Source of the DNA: Saccharolobus solfataricus P2
Lineage (GTDB): Archaea; Thermoproteota; Thermoprotei_A; Sulfolobales; Sulfolobaceae
Assembly: GCF_000007005.1 (NCBI RefSeq)
Contig: NC_002754.1
Strand: one strand, 5' to 3'
Length of the DNA: 64,000 nucleotides
Shown here: positions 20,890 through 30,969 of the stretch, in pieces
How the letters are laid out: each line of letters starts with the position of its first letter
Numbering within the stretch: position 1 is the first letter of the stretch
Position numbers and translations under genes: made by a program
The notes under the pieces: model-generated
What the model saw: the letters and a program-made list of their open reading frames with translations, nothing else
Told to the model about the DNA's origin: nothing
The model's database searches: none

Positions 20890-21068
20890 AAATATATAAT
20901 CTCGGAAGAGCTTTAGTTTTGACTGGTATAATAGAGTTAATATTGGCTTCTCTTTTTTATTCTGATAAGAAAGTTATTTTATCAGTATTATTGGGGGATT
21001 ATTCGTATTTTTGTCTACTTATCGGTGTTATAGTTATAGCCGTATATGGAGCTATAACTAAGAATTAA
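20886..21068 (+). CDS. Small two-TM hypothetical protein
   Basis: 60 aa; ATG overlaps the previous stop. Confidence 0.55.
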   Translation: MKIYNLGRALVLTGIIELILASLFYSDKKVILSVLLGDYSYFCLLIGVIVIAVYGAITKN

Positions 21069-21251
21069 TGTTTTTGAATTATGGAAACTATTTTATTCTC
21101 CAATCTTCTACATGTTTTGGGAGTTTGTCGTAATCTTTTATGAGTGTGAGCACAAATTTCATTCATTTGAGACTTAGTTTAAGTTCCCCTAATATCACTT
21201 TTCCTCAAATGCTTTAATTGCGTAACAAAACTTTTTGAAAAAGTTAAAAAT

Positions 21252-21415
21252 GGGAGATTCAGAGATCCATTGGGAATTCACTTTATTTTAAAGATTACTA
21301 CGAAATTAACTAAATGAAGACGATTAACTAGCAGAGATGCATGACTACTAATGTTAACATCTTTACAACCGCATTATTTACAAATTACAATTCGCAAAGG
21401 AGAACTGAATCATCC
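21252..21415 (+). mobile_element. MITE, SM4-like (164 bp)
   Basis: Imperfect TIRs GGGAGATTCAG / CTGAATCATCC; 8-bp TSD TTAAAAAT (21244-21251, 21416-21423); homologous to 23966-24130 and 27635-27797. Confidence 0.85.
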
Positions 21416-21701
21416 TTAAAAATTGTTACATCTTCTCTTTTTCAGCATTCAAATCCTATGTTAAATTGAAAATAAACTAATACTTTATAAGGAATTATAC
21501 TAAATTAACAAAATTATTGCCCACTCTCTCTTTTATCGTAGATCTGTTAAAATTACGGGTATAATTGATGATATTAATATATGTTTCTAGTTGTAGATTA
21601 GCTATATTTAATTATTATTTAATATATTCTTGAGATAGCGTTTTATAAGTAATAATGAAGACTTATAACCTATAACTAGTAATATCTATAGGGGATAATT
21701 T

Positions 21702-21920
21702 GTGGAAAAGATAGTGAAAGTTAATGATACCACTTATATACTAGAAAATGAACGATCGGTTGTTATAACATTCAAACTAGAAGAAAATAATTTGAGTACT
21801 GTCGATGAAATTGTGAAGAAATTAGGTTATGAGCATAGGAGCGATTTCATTAGAGATGCCATAGAGAAATATATAAGCTATCTTAAGTCAAGCAGTAATA
21901 ACAGTAAAAAGGATTATTAA
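21702..21920 (+). CDS. Ribbon-helix-helix (CopG-like) DNA-binding protein
   Basis: 72 aa; VITFKL beta strand + VDEIVKKLGYEHRSDFIRDAIEKY. Confidence 0.8.
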   Translation: MEKIVKVNDTTYILENERSVVITFKLEENNLSTVDEIVKKLGYEHRSDFIRDAIEKYISYLKSSSNNSKKDY

Positions 21921-22043
21921 TGAATAATTAAGTTAAATTAATATAATTTAGTTTAATGAGGTATATATTAAAGAAACATAGACAAGGGAAATTAAAAAGC
22001 TCCACATAGCTAAGGTATGATTCTGAAAATATAAGAATGGCGC

Positions 22044-23068
22044 TGCTTTGTGGATTGCTTCAGAATTGTACAAAAAGTTTATAGATTATTCGTTAAGTAT
22101 TACCTATGGGAAAGAGTAAGTACAAGAGGGACTGGAGCAAGTACGACGAGAACGTCATAACTAGATATAAGTTGATGTTCCCCTTCTACGTATTCGAACA
22201 TTGGTGGGACTTATTAGCAGAGGAGAACAGGAACGCTAGGACAAAGTATAAAGCCTAAAGGAGTTCAACGAATTCCTAGCATTCTTACACATCTTCCTAC
22301 CTTGCAATAGAAGGAGTATTAAGAGCCTTAGAACAATTGAAGATCATCCCCACAAGCCTCGAACAATATGGGAGAGAGTGAGGAACATGAACATAACCTT
22401 CCCCGAGACAAGTGATGAACTTGAAGTAATTGCAGACGCTACCGGCATTAGCACAAACACGGGAGGACAATACATTGTTGCCAAGTGGGGTAAGACTAGG
22501 GATTCAAAATTCCTCAAGATCGAGATAGTAATGGACAATAACGAATTCAACGTGGTAAACGCTGAGGTCACTAGCAACGAGGTTGAAAGTGTAAAAACAG
22601 TTAAGGATCTTCAAGATAAGGGAAAGAAGTTTTATGGAGATAAGACATATGACGTCAATGAGGTTTACAAGACCGGAGTTGAGGTTGTAGTTCCTCCCAA
22701 GAAGAACGCTTCTACTAAACGCCATCTTGCTAGACGTAAGGCTGTGCGGGAGTTTAGGAAGTTGGGTTATGATCGTTGGAGGGAGGAGAAGGGTTATGGC
22801 GTTAGGTGGAGGGTCGAGTCCTTGTTCTCTGCGGTGAGGCGTACTTTTGGGGAATCGGTTAGGCAAGTTTTGCTGGGCAAGTAGTTGAGGCTAAGCTCAA
22901 GTTCTGGGCTTACGCGTGGATGGTTCACTTGGCGAATTCTGTAGTCGGTAGGACTCAAGCATTAGGGTGTAAGCTTGAGAAGAACGTTGAAATAAATATT
23001 AATTACTGAAAAAATTAGTGTTATACAATATCGTTTTAATGAGACAAATTGAACGAATCAACAAAGTA
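22044..23068 (+). mobile_element. Decayed ISC1058-like (IS5 family) element, 1025 bp
   Basis: IRs TGCTTTGTGGATTGCTTCA / TGAACGAATCAACAAAGTA; degenerate 9-bp TSD GAATGGCGC / GAATAACGC. Confidence 0.85.
22106..22972 (+). pseudogene. IS5-family transposase, multiply frameshifted
   Basis: MGKSKYKRDWSKYDENV... breaks after ~50 codons; DATG and RWRVESLFS fragments are in other frames. Confidence 0.85.
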
Positions 23069-23124
23069 GAATAACGCATAAAATTTTTATTTTGCAATGG
23101 AGAAGAGTTTTGAGGTTTGTAAAT

Positions 23125-23862
23125 ATGGAAGTCGTTTATGTACTTGGAGTGAAAGGCGGTATAGGTAAAACAACCTTCTCTCTTTATTTTGCTAATCAGC
23201 TATCTTTAACGGGTAAAAAAGTATTGTATATCGATCATGATTATTTTTCCTTTGGATCCTTAATATTGGGGCATAATGATCTTGGACTACTTGAGGAGAT
23301 CGAAAATAATTTACCAATATTTTCAAGAAGTTTGAAAAACATCAATAATCTCTACATTTTAAAACTTTTTTCAAACCCTTTAGATGCTAACAAGGATTAT
23401 TCTTTATTAAGCAACAGTATTCCTCAAGTTGTAAATAGCATTGCTAAGATGGGATTGGATTATGTTATTTTAGATTCTTCAGTAGGTATACTTCCAGATA
23501 ATGATATTGTGATCGGATTACTAGAAGAGTTAGATGTAGAGAAAAAAGGAGTATTCTTAAGTGATATGTTATCTGTAAATTCTACTATAAAATATGCTAA
23601 ACTGTGGGAAAATGCGATAAAATATAAGATATTAGTTATAAATATGGTTCCGCCAATACCAGAGGACTTATCTGAAGCTATGAAAATTGCAAATAAAGTC
23701 TATGATGATAATAATAGCAAGTTATTCAATACTGTTGTAGTTGTTCCATTTGACGAGAAAATGTATAACTATAAACCATTAGGCAATGAATATGAAAATG
23801 AGAGACTCAATACTATATTATCATGTATTGTTAATAGATGTAATACTCTTATAATAAACTAG
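23125..23862 (+). CDS. ParA/MinD-like (SIMIBI) ATPase 1
   Basis: Deviant Walker A GVKGGIGKTT, YIDHD, VILDSS; ATG 23125 preferred over TTG 23092. Confidence 0.85.
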   Translation: MEVVYVLGVKGGIGKTTFSLYFANQLSLTGKKVLYIDHDYFSFGSLILGHNDLGLLEEIENNLPIFSRSLKNINNLYILKLFSNPLDANKDYSLLSNSIPQVVNSIAKMGLDYVILDSSVGILPDNDIVIGLLEELDVEKKGVFLSDMLSVNSTIKYAKLWENAIKYKILVINMVPPIPEDLSEAMKIANKVYDDNNSKLFNTVVVVPFDEKMYNYKPLGNEYENERLNTILSCIVNRCNTLIIN

Positions 23863-23965
23863 ATATTGCTAAATTATATGTGTTAAATATCTATAGGAAA
23901 ATTTTATTTATGAGAAATGGAATTTATAAGATTATATGCAAAAATATTTGTTCTTTACCACTTAA

Positions 23966-24130
23966 GGGCGATTCAGTTCTCCTTTGCGAATTGTAATTTG
24001 TAAATAATGCGGTTGTAAAAATGTTAACATTGGTAATCATGTGTCCTCTATTACTCGGTCATCTTCATTCAGTTAAATTCGTAGCAATCTTTAAAATAAA
24101 GTGGATATACAATGGGTAATTGAATCTCTC
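23966..24130 (-). mobile_element. MITE, SM4-like (165 bp), inverted relative to the 21252 copy
   Basis: TIRs GGGCGATTCAGTT / AATTGAATCTCTC; 8-bp TSD CCACTTAA (23958-23965, 24131-24138). Confidence 0.88.
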
Positions 24131-24279
24131 CCACTTAAATGTCGAGTTAGATTACGTTTAGCGATTATATAAAATTAAACTTGGTCTCCAAATATATATA
24201 TAATATACTATAAACAAAAAAAAAAGAGAGAGATTTTTCTAGAGTAGATTTATAAGGTTGTTTACGTTAATAGAAATAG

Positions 24280-25047
24280 ATGATAAGGATAAATGTTGTC
24301 GGTTTTAAAGGTGGTTCTGGAAAATCTACTATATCATATCATTTAGCCAGACAGCTAAGTGAGTATTATAATGTAGTACTTGTTGATAAGACATATTCTG
24401 GAACTATAAGCCGGATATATAACATAAACAATAATATCTTTTCCTTTCTGAAAGGAAGGAACGAGTTGTTCTATATTAATAAGAATAACCTTTCAGTTAT
24501 AAATATGTCCTTTTTGAATGAGGATGATCTAAATGGTATTGACTTTAACGCATTCAAATACTTATATAGCAAATTAACAAAGGATAGCGATATAGTCATT
24601 GTAGATCATTCATCTATCCCTCATGATTTCGCAACTGAGATAGAATTGAAGGCATTTATGGAAAATTTTAGAAACTTCGCATATAATACAGTACTTGTTC
24701 TTAGTGGAGATGAGATTCCAATAAAAAAATATTTAAACTATACCGTACTGTTAAACGATTTTGTAAAGAATTATGCTGAGAAAATCTTAGGTATTTCTTT
24801 ACCAACTGATGTAAAATTTCTAAAAATCGTAGCAGTGATTATAAACAAAATTCTTAAAGGTCAAGAAAGTAAGTTGGAGGAGTTCATAAGAGGAGATGAG
24901 ATACTGCAAAGATCTGCCAGATTCATAATTCCCTATTATCTTTCTCTCACACAAAGACATTTCAAGGATATTGATCCTCCTAAAGAGATAAGTGATATTA
25001 CAAGATATATATTAGACTTCTTAAGAGAGCCAACCTCAATTTTATGA
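24280..25047 (+). CDS. ParA/MinD-like (SIMIBI) ATPase 2
   Basis: 255 aa; GFKGGSGKST, LVDK, VIVDHS. Confidence 0.85.
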   Translation: MIRINVVGFKGGSGKSTISYHLARQLSEYYNVVLVDKTYSGTISRIYNINNNIFSFLKGRNELFYINKNNLSVINMSFLNEDDLNGIDFNAFKYLYSKLTKDSDIVIVDHSSIPHDFATEIELKAFMENFRNFAYNTVLVLSGDEIPIKKYLNYTVLLNDFVKNYAEKILGISLPTDVKFLKIVAVIINKILKGQESKLEEFIRGDEILQRSARFIIPYYLSLTQRHFKDIDPPKEISDITRYILDFLREPTSIL

Positions 25048-26058
25048 TACTTGTAGCATTATTCTCCCTTCTCTATTTTCGTTCATAATCTCTTTTACCG
25101 CCTCTACACCTTCATCTAACTTGTAAGTTTTGTGGACTTTTACCTTGCAATCCTTACACAGATTTATTAATTCCATTAGTTCCTTCCTAGATCCCCCCGT
25201 GGTTCCAACTACCTTTATATGCCTTCCGTATAGGGAGCTTAGATTTACCTTCACTTCACTTCCAGTTAAAGTTCCAAAGAACGCCAATTGACCATCTAAA
25301 CCTAGAACCTGTAAGCTATTTTCCCACATTGAGGAGCCTAAGGAGTTTATTACTACATCGGCCATTTTCCCATTGGTTATTTCTTTAACCTTTTGCACTA
25401 CATCATCATATCCTACTATGTAATCTGCACCAAACTCTTTTAACCAGTTCTTTCTTGAAACCGCTATAACTGTTGCCCCGAACTTTTTAGCTAGTTGTAC
25501 TGCGAAAAGTCCGGTATTGCCACTCGCACCAAATATTACTATAATATCGTTAGGGCCTACTTCTAATTCTTTTAGAGAATGGTATGAAGTTAGAGCTGCT
25601 ACGGGTAAGCTAGCGGCGACATCCCAACTCATACTTTCCGGAATTTTGAAAATGTTTTTATCTGGAACCGAAAAGTATTCTGACCATCCGCCGTTAGTTA
25701 TGACACTCATTATCCCGCCGTTTCTACATAACATTTCCCTTCCAGATAGGCATAAATCACAAGTACCATCAAATACTCTATTGTACACTACTACCTTATC
25801 CCCCTTATTTAATCCTTTTACATGATCCCCCACTTTTTCAACTACTCCAGCTAGTTCTGCTCCGGGGATATGGGGCATTGGAGTAACTGGAATTGCGTTA
25901 ATAACAAAGTAATCTATGGGGTTTAAACCAGATTTAACTACTCTTATCAAAACGTCATGCGGACCTAATTGTGGTTCTTGAACTTCTTTTACCTTGAGAT
26001 TTTCTAAACCACTCTTGTCGAAAACTAGGGCTTTCATAAGAGTTAGTCTTATCTGCAA
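25042..26058 (-). CDS. Medium-chain (zinc-binding ADH-family) oxidoreductase
   Basis: 338 aa; GLNPIDY, structural-Zn segment DGTCDLC...C, GASGNTG. Confidence 0.9.
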   Translation of the reverse strand: MQIRLTLMKALVFDKSGLENLKVKEVQEPQLGPHDVLIRVVKSGLNPIDYFVINAIPVTPMPHIPGAELAGVVEKVGDHVKGLNKGDKVVVYNRVFDGTCDLCLSGREMLCRNGGIMSVITNGGWSEYFSVPDKNIFKIPESMSWDVAASLPVAALTSYHSLKELEVGPNDIIVIFGASGNTGLFAVQLAKKFGATVIAVSRKNWLKEFGADYIVGYDDVVQKVKEITNGKMADVVINSLGSSMWENSLQVLGLDGQLAFFGTLTGSEVKVNLSSLYGRHIKVVGTTGGSRKELMELINLCKDCKVKVHKTYKLDEGVEAVKEIMNENREGRIMLQVS

Positions 26059-26089
26059 TATAAATCGGTTACTTAACTTTAGGTAACTA

Positions 26090-26449
26090 CTATCCTCTTA
26101 TTCCTATCTTAGCCTTATTCTTAAAGCTAATATACTCATACGCTAGGCTTACGAAATCTTCATCAGCCTCTTCGCACTTCTTCTTTATTGTAATGTATCT
26201 CAAGGTCTCTAATTCTACAGATGTTAAGTTAGTTATGTATAAAAATATATTTGTTGGCTTGTGTAATAAAATGGCTTCAGCTCCTTTAAGTACAAATAGG
26301 TGGAGTTTTTCTCCATCCTCCTCTTCAATAACCTGTAGATTAATTGGAAAATTAGTTATCTTTTTTATCCATAGGTTCTCTAGCATTATTACTTCTTCAT
26401 TGTCGTTTAACTTTTCAATGTTTTTAACAAATTTCTCAATCACACTCAT
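26090..26449 (-). CDS. Hypothetical protein (119 aa)
   Basis: Start MSVIEKFVK at ATG 26449 preferred; the longer track start overlaps the divergent ATPase gene. Confidence 0.7.
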   Translation of the reverse strand: MSVIEKFVKNIEKLNDNEEVIMLENLWIKKITNFPINLQVIEEEDGEKLHLFVLKGAEAILLHKPTNIFLYITNLTSVELETLRYITIKKKCEEADEDFVSLAYEYISFKNKAKIGIRG

Positions 26450-26537
26450 GAGCGTTATACAATACGTTTTATATACTTTTAAGTTTGAAGCGGAAAAATT
26501 ATTAAACGAGATATAGAGTATTACATAGAGAGAATTA

Positions 26538-27158
26538 TTGATAACGAATATCATCAGACTTTTGAGTATTAAAGGAGGTGTTGGTAAAAGCTCTATAGCT
26601 TATGCGTTAGCGAGAATTATCTCTGCTTCTGGGTACAAGGTATTATTTTTAGATATGGACAACCTTCACACTATTTCAAGAGTATTGGGAGTTAAGGATT
26701 GTGAGCTAACATATACAAGAGATTTTTTCGTATTTGCATGTGATGATTTTAGTAAGATTTCGTTTAATAGCTATGAATATGTGATAATTGATACTTATTC
26801 TGGGATCTCTAGTGAAACGCTTTCAGCTATTAGCGGGGATCATGTTTACAATATTTTTATTTCAGACTTTTCTTCTATTGATAATACTTTAAATTATATA
26901 AAGGAGTGGAATGGTAAGAAAACTACTAATTTTTTAGTTGTAAATATGGTCATAAGGGAAGATAATGAGAATGATATTTTATTAAGAAGGTTTTTCGATT
27001 CTTTACTCCTTAAAATTAATGTGGCGATAAATAAGATATTTTTATTTTTCTTTGATGAAAATTATTATGGATCTTATAAAGTTGATCTAAATCATATAGA
27101 ACTCTTAGCTAGTTATGTACTAGGTGAAATGAGTGAATCTGATCTAAACTTAGGATAA
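26538..27158 (+). CDS. ParA/MinD-like (SIMIBI) ATPase 3
   Basis: 206 aa; SIKGGVGKSS, FLDMD, VIIDT. Confidence 0.82.
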   Translation: MITNIIRLLSIKGGVGKSSIAYALARIISASGYKVLFLDMDNLHTISRVLGVKDCELTYTRDFFVFACDDFSKISFNSYEYVIIDTYSGISSETLSAISGDHVYNIFISDFSSIDNTLNYIKEWNGKKTTNFLVVNMVIREDNENDILLRRFFDSLLLKINVAINKIFLFFFDENYYGSYKVDLNHIELLASYVLGEMSESDLNLG

Positions 27159-27270
27159 GTAATACCATTTTTTAGTATTACTACCAAGGAATCTTTGCCG
27201 TCTACTTTCAATTCAACATATTTTTTGACAACTATCAAGGCTTTTAAAAGAACGCAGTGATAATTAGGAT

Positions 27271-27543
27271 ATGGGTAATAAAGTTTTCACATTTGGTGAT
27301 ATCAGAATTAGGGAAGTTAAGGGAAAGTATTATGTTTACTTAATAGAGAAGGACTCAGAAGGTAAGAGAAGGGATAATTATGTAGGTCCTTTAGATGAAA
27401 TCGTTAAAGGGTATATGCGGGGGACGGGATTTGAACCCGTGCAGGCCTTCGCCAGCGGAGCCTCAGTCCGCCCCCTTTGCCCTAGCTCGGGCACCCCCGC
27501 ATATCAATACTTTATATTAACTAGGTATAAAGTTTTACCATAG
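27271..27543 (+). pseudogene. N-terminal fragment (intN) of an SSV-type integrase running into the tRNA att site
   Basis: FTFGDIRIREVKGKYYVYLIEKD...YVGPLDEIV resembles the SSV1 D-335-like N-terminus; homology ends where the antisense tRNA begins at 27416. Confidence 0.8.
27416..27500 (-). tRNA. tRNA-Leu(GAG)
   Basis: GCGGGGG acceptor stem, anticodon arm GCGGA-CTGAGGC-TCCGC, long variable arm, T-arm ACGGG-TTCAAAT-CCCGT, discriminator A; no intron. Confidence 0.95.
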
Positions 27544-27634
27544 AATAAGACAGAAGGACTTCAGGAAGTAGATGAATGTTTCAAACTTTAAGACTATAAT
27601 TCAAGGAAGGAACGGAGTTAAGAAGCTCTTTTTT

Positions 27635-27797
27635 GGGTTATTCAAGTATTTGTTGATAATTCACTTTATTTCAAAGACGCTATGGATTTAACTAAATTAA
27701 AACGACTGAATAGCAGAGATACATAGTTACTAATATTAACATTTTTTATATCTACATTATTCGCAAATTATAATTCACAAAGAGACTTGAATCACCC
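27635..27797 (+). mobile_element. MITE, SM4-like (163 bp), older and more diverged copy
   Basis: TIRs GGGTTATTCAAGT / ACTTGAATCACCC; alignable with the other two copies; TSD degenerate. Confidence 0.8.
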
Positions 27798-28181
27798 TTC
27801 TTTTGAAGTGAGAATAACTTAGGTTAATAGGAAGAGATACTCTATGGATCTCATTTCATTTGATAACTAGGTGGATATAGAAAGATTTGTTCAAGATAGC
27901 TATTTGAGCATTAGAGAAATTCTATAAATAAAGAGTTTAAACAAATAGTTATTATTACTCATGATATTAGTATGTGATTCAATGACGTAGAGATTGATAG
28001 GGAAACTTCTATTATTCGAATTTATGGTATCTAATTATCTCTCTACTGCTGCTTAAATTTACAATTGATAGGATGCGGGAACTCCCTCATTGGAAAAAAT
28101 TAATCCGAGTACGATGTAAAAAGTTTTAGCGTGGTCTCTCGCTTAGTTGTTCTTTAAAAGTAAGTTGAAGGTGTAAGGTCT

Positions 28182-29171
28182 TTGGTAGGCAATAAAGTAA
28201 AATCCTTTATGTTACCGATTATTTCGTATGCTGTTCCTACATTTGTGTTAGTTTATCCATCGTTCTTTGTAAGCTGGCTCAGTGAGTCTATGCATTTAGC
28301 GTATTGGGAGGTGTTCGCAATAGTTGCTTTACCATTTCTAGGCAGAATAATTGGCTCTTTCATATACCAAGTATTCAAAAATAGTGTAATTTCTTACTGC
28401 TTTCCATTTCTTGGCTTTTTGGTTATTCTTCAAAATTTTTTAGGAGCTTTAATTTTTGTGAGATTTCTAGTAGGGGTAATATTTGGTCTGTTAACGAGCT
28501 ATGCTGTTGAGAGTGCAGTTAAAAGTGGTAGAAATGTGTTAGTAGGTTTTACCACCGCAGGTTGGCCTATAGGTTGGGTAATTAGTTATGTTGCATATGT
28601 TTTACTTAAAAATTGGAATGTAATTAATATAAGTGGAATTTTGATAATGTTATTAGCGCTATTTGAATTAAATGGGAAGGAGTTTGGAGAGAGAAGTAAG
28701 ATTTCTGTATCCTTTCCTAGGCTTACCTCAATATTGATTTATGTATCAGCATTAACACCAGCTTTCATTTTGCAAGTCATGCCGAGCTTTTTGGAGGTGA
28801 TAAAACTTACTTGGTTAATCCTTCCATCCTATTTATTATCAATTCCAACTTATGTGCTTTTACCTATAATTAGCGAAAAGGTAGGAATTAGAAAGGTTTT
28901 GGTTATTAGTTCCATTATTGTAATACTTAGTTGCGTTATTACCTTTCTTCTATTACCCATGATGGTAATTGTTTTCACTAGTATCGGTCTTGGTATTTTA
29001 GGGATAACACCGAAATATCTTGCAATTAGAGGTGAAGATCCAAAGAGGATGGGTTTGGCCTTGAACATTGGTTCAGTAATGGGTCTTATATTACCAGTAG
29101 TGTATGGGCTAATGCCATTTTCATCAGAGTTTTTATTATCCATTTTAATGGTTTTAATGATATTAATATGA
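28182..29171 (+). CDS. MFS transporter
   Basis: 329 aa; multi-TM, GRIIG and ISEKVGIRK motif-A-like loops. Confidence 0.8.
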   Translation: MVGNKVKSFMLPIISYAVPTFVLVYPSFFVSWLSESMHLAYWEVFAIVALPFLGRIIGSFIYQVFKNSVISYCFPFLGFLVILQNFLGALIFVRFLVGVIFGLLTSYAVESAVKSGRNVLVGFTTAGWPIGWVISYVAYVLLKNWNVINISGILIMLLALFELNGKEFGERSKISVSFPRLTSILIYVSALTPAFILQVMPSFLEVIKLTWLILPSYLLSIPTYVLLPIISEKVGIRKVLVISSIIVILSCVITFLLLPMMVIVFTSIGLGILGITPKYLAIRGEDPKRMGLALNIGSVMGLILPVVYGLMPFSSEFLLSILMVLMILI

Positions 29172-29225
29172 AACGAGATCGGCAGATTTTTAAGGTACAA
29201 GATCTTAAAGACATAATGATTAGGG

Positions 29226-30336
29226 ATGAGTCTTTGACGAATATGCTTTAAATAAGCAGGAATTGAAGGCACTAATTAAGGAATTGAAGAAATGGAAAGC
29301 GCCAGCCACTGTACTTCTGTCTTTATATATACCACCCGGTAGGCCTATTCCCGACGTAGTTAATCTTCTTAGACAAGAGTACTCCATAGCTCAGAACATA
29401 AAGCTCAAGAGAACTAGAGATGCTGTACTTTCCGCAATAGGTGCAGCAATAGACAGGCTTAATAAGATACCGAAGATAGATGGTAATGGTTTGGTATTGT
29501 TTTGTGGCGAAAATTTTGATACTGAGGACTTTAAGTGTTTTATGTTTTCTCCACCTGATAAAGTTCCATTATTCTTTTATAGAACAGATAAGGAATTTCA
29601 TCTAGAATTTTTAGAGGATATGGTGGAGGATACTGCAGTATATGGCCTTATAATTGTGGAGAGGGATGAAGCTACTATAGGTTTGCTTAAGGGGGCTAGG
29701 ATAGAAATTTTGGAGGAGATTGAAGGTTTTGTACCAGGTAAACATATGATGGGAGGGCAGTCTCAGAGAAGAATCGATAGAATAATTGACGAGATGTATC
29801 ATAATTTCTTAAAGGAGGTTGGTGAGAAAGTGAATGCGTATTTTATGCCTTTTGTTCAGAATGGTAAGATGAAAGGTGTATTATTAGGAGGTCCAGGATA
29901 TGCTAAGGAGGATTTCTATAAAGAAGACTATGTTGACTATAGAATAAAGAATTTAATTTTACAACCTTTAATTGACGTTTCTGACCAAGGTGAGGTTGGG
30001 TTAAGGGAAATGATAATGAAGGCTGAGGATTTGTTAAAGAATCAGCAGTACATTGAGGTAGAGAAATTACTAGAGGAATTAAAGTATCATTTGGCTAAGG
30101 ATGATGGATTGATAATTTACGGGAAGGAACAGATTAAGAAAGCTATGGAAATAGGGGCTATAGAGGCTATAGTAATTCATGAGGACTCTACTGATAAAGA
30201 ATTGGAGAAATTAGCACAAGATGCAGAAAATTACGGTGTTAAAGTTTTTGTTGTTGGTGATGAAGTGCCAGAGGCTGAATGGGTTAAAAAAACATTTAAT
30301 GGTATAGTAGGTAAGTTAAGGTATAGGCTATATTAG
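29226..30336 (+). CDS. prf1: Peptide chain release factor aRF1. Track ORF starts at TTG 29263; the proposed true start is ATG 29226 with a +1 frame change at CTT-TGA.
   Basis: NIKL (NIKS-like) and GGQ motifs; in-frame codons upstream of the TTG (DEYALNKQE) extend helix 1 but have no in-frame start. Confidence 0.93.
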
Positions 30337-30969
30337 TCAGACTATTTTTCTTCTTTTCATTTCTGTAAGTATTTTATCTAATGAGATGGGTGGATTCTCT
30401 ATGCCATAACTCTCAACAAAATTCCTTTTAAGTTCATTTATATCGATATCTTTAGTTTTCCTTTCTATCAAGATTTTATTCACTAAGTTGATTTCGTCCT
30501 CCCAATAATTCCAAGGATACATAAACCATGCCCAGCTTACTATTTCTTCAGCATAGTAATCTGGTATTATTTTTGCAGCAGGCTTTATGTATTGTAAGGT
30601 CGCTGTTTTTACTTCTGTTGGTCTAAAATTTTCCATTACATATTTCCGGGCTAATTCTATACTATCTCCGGTATCTGTTATATCATCTATTATAAGTACG
30701 TTCTTATCTGATAGATCAACCTTAAACGGATACTTCACTTTAGCCTCTGGAGTGTGTGATGCTGTTTCTATCCAATGTTCTATCTTTATTGATAATATAT
30801 CAAAAACACCTAAGACGTCAGCCACTAACCTAGCTGGAACCAAACCTCCTCTTGCTATTGCAACTATTACATTGACGTTATACTCATCAGCTTTAATTTT
30901 CTCAGCCAATTTGGTAGAGAGACTTACTATTTCATCCCATGTTACCACTTTCACTGGTATTTTTTGCAA
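30337..30969 (-). CDS. Purine phosphoribosyltransferase
   Basis: 210 aa; IARGG and PRPP-binding [12 protein letters not shown]. Confidence 0.9.

Noticed and set aside
23092-23124. N-terminal extension of ParA-like ATPase 1 from TTG 23092
   Set aside because: ATG 23125 places the Walker A at the usual distance from the N-terminus.
21681-23897. Repeated 12-mer AATATCTATAGG (21681 and 23886) as a shared operator
   Set aside because: AT-rich 12-mer pairs are expected by chance in 64 kb, and the positions relative to genes differ.
21252-24130. Composite transposon formed by the two inverted MITEs around RHH, ISC1058 and ParA1
   Set aside because: Each MITE has its own distinct 8-bp TSD, so they are independent insertions.
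27837-28035. Fragment KQIVIITHD resembling the H-loop of an ABC/Rad50-type ATPase
   Set aside because: Only ~10 matching residues amid several stops and frame changes; too little to call.
29243-29254. Second CTT-stop motif (ATG CTT TAA) upstream of aRF1
   Set aside because: A +1 shift there leads straight to TAA, not into the aRF1 frame.
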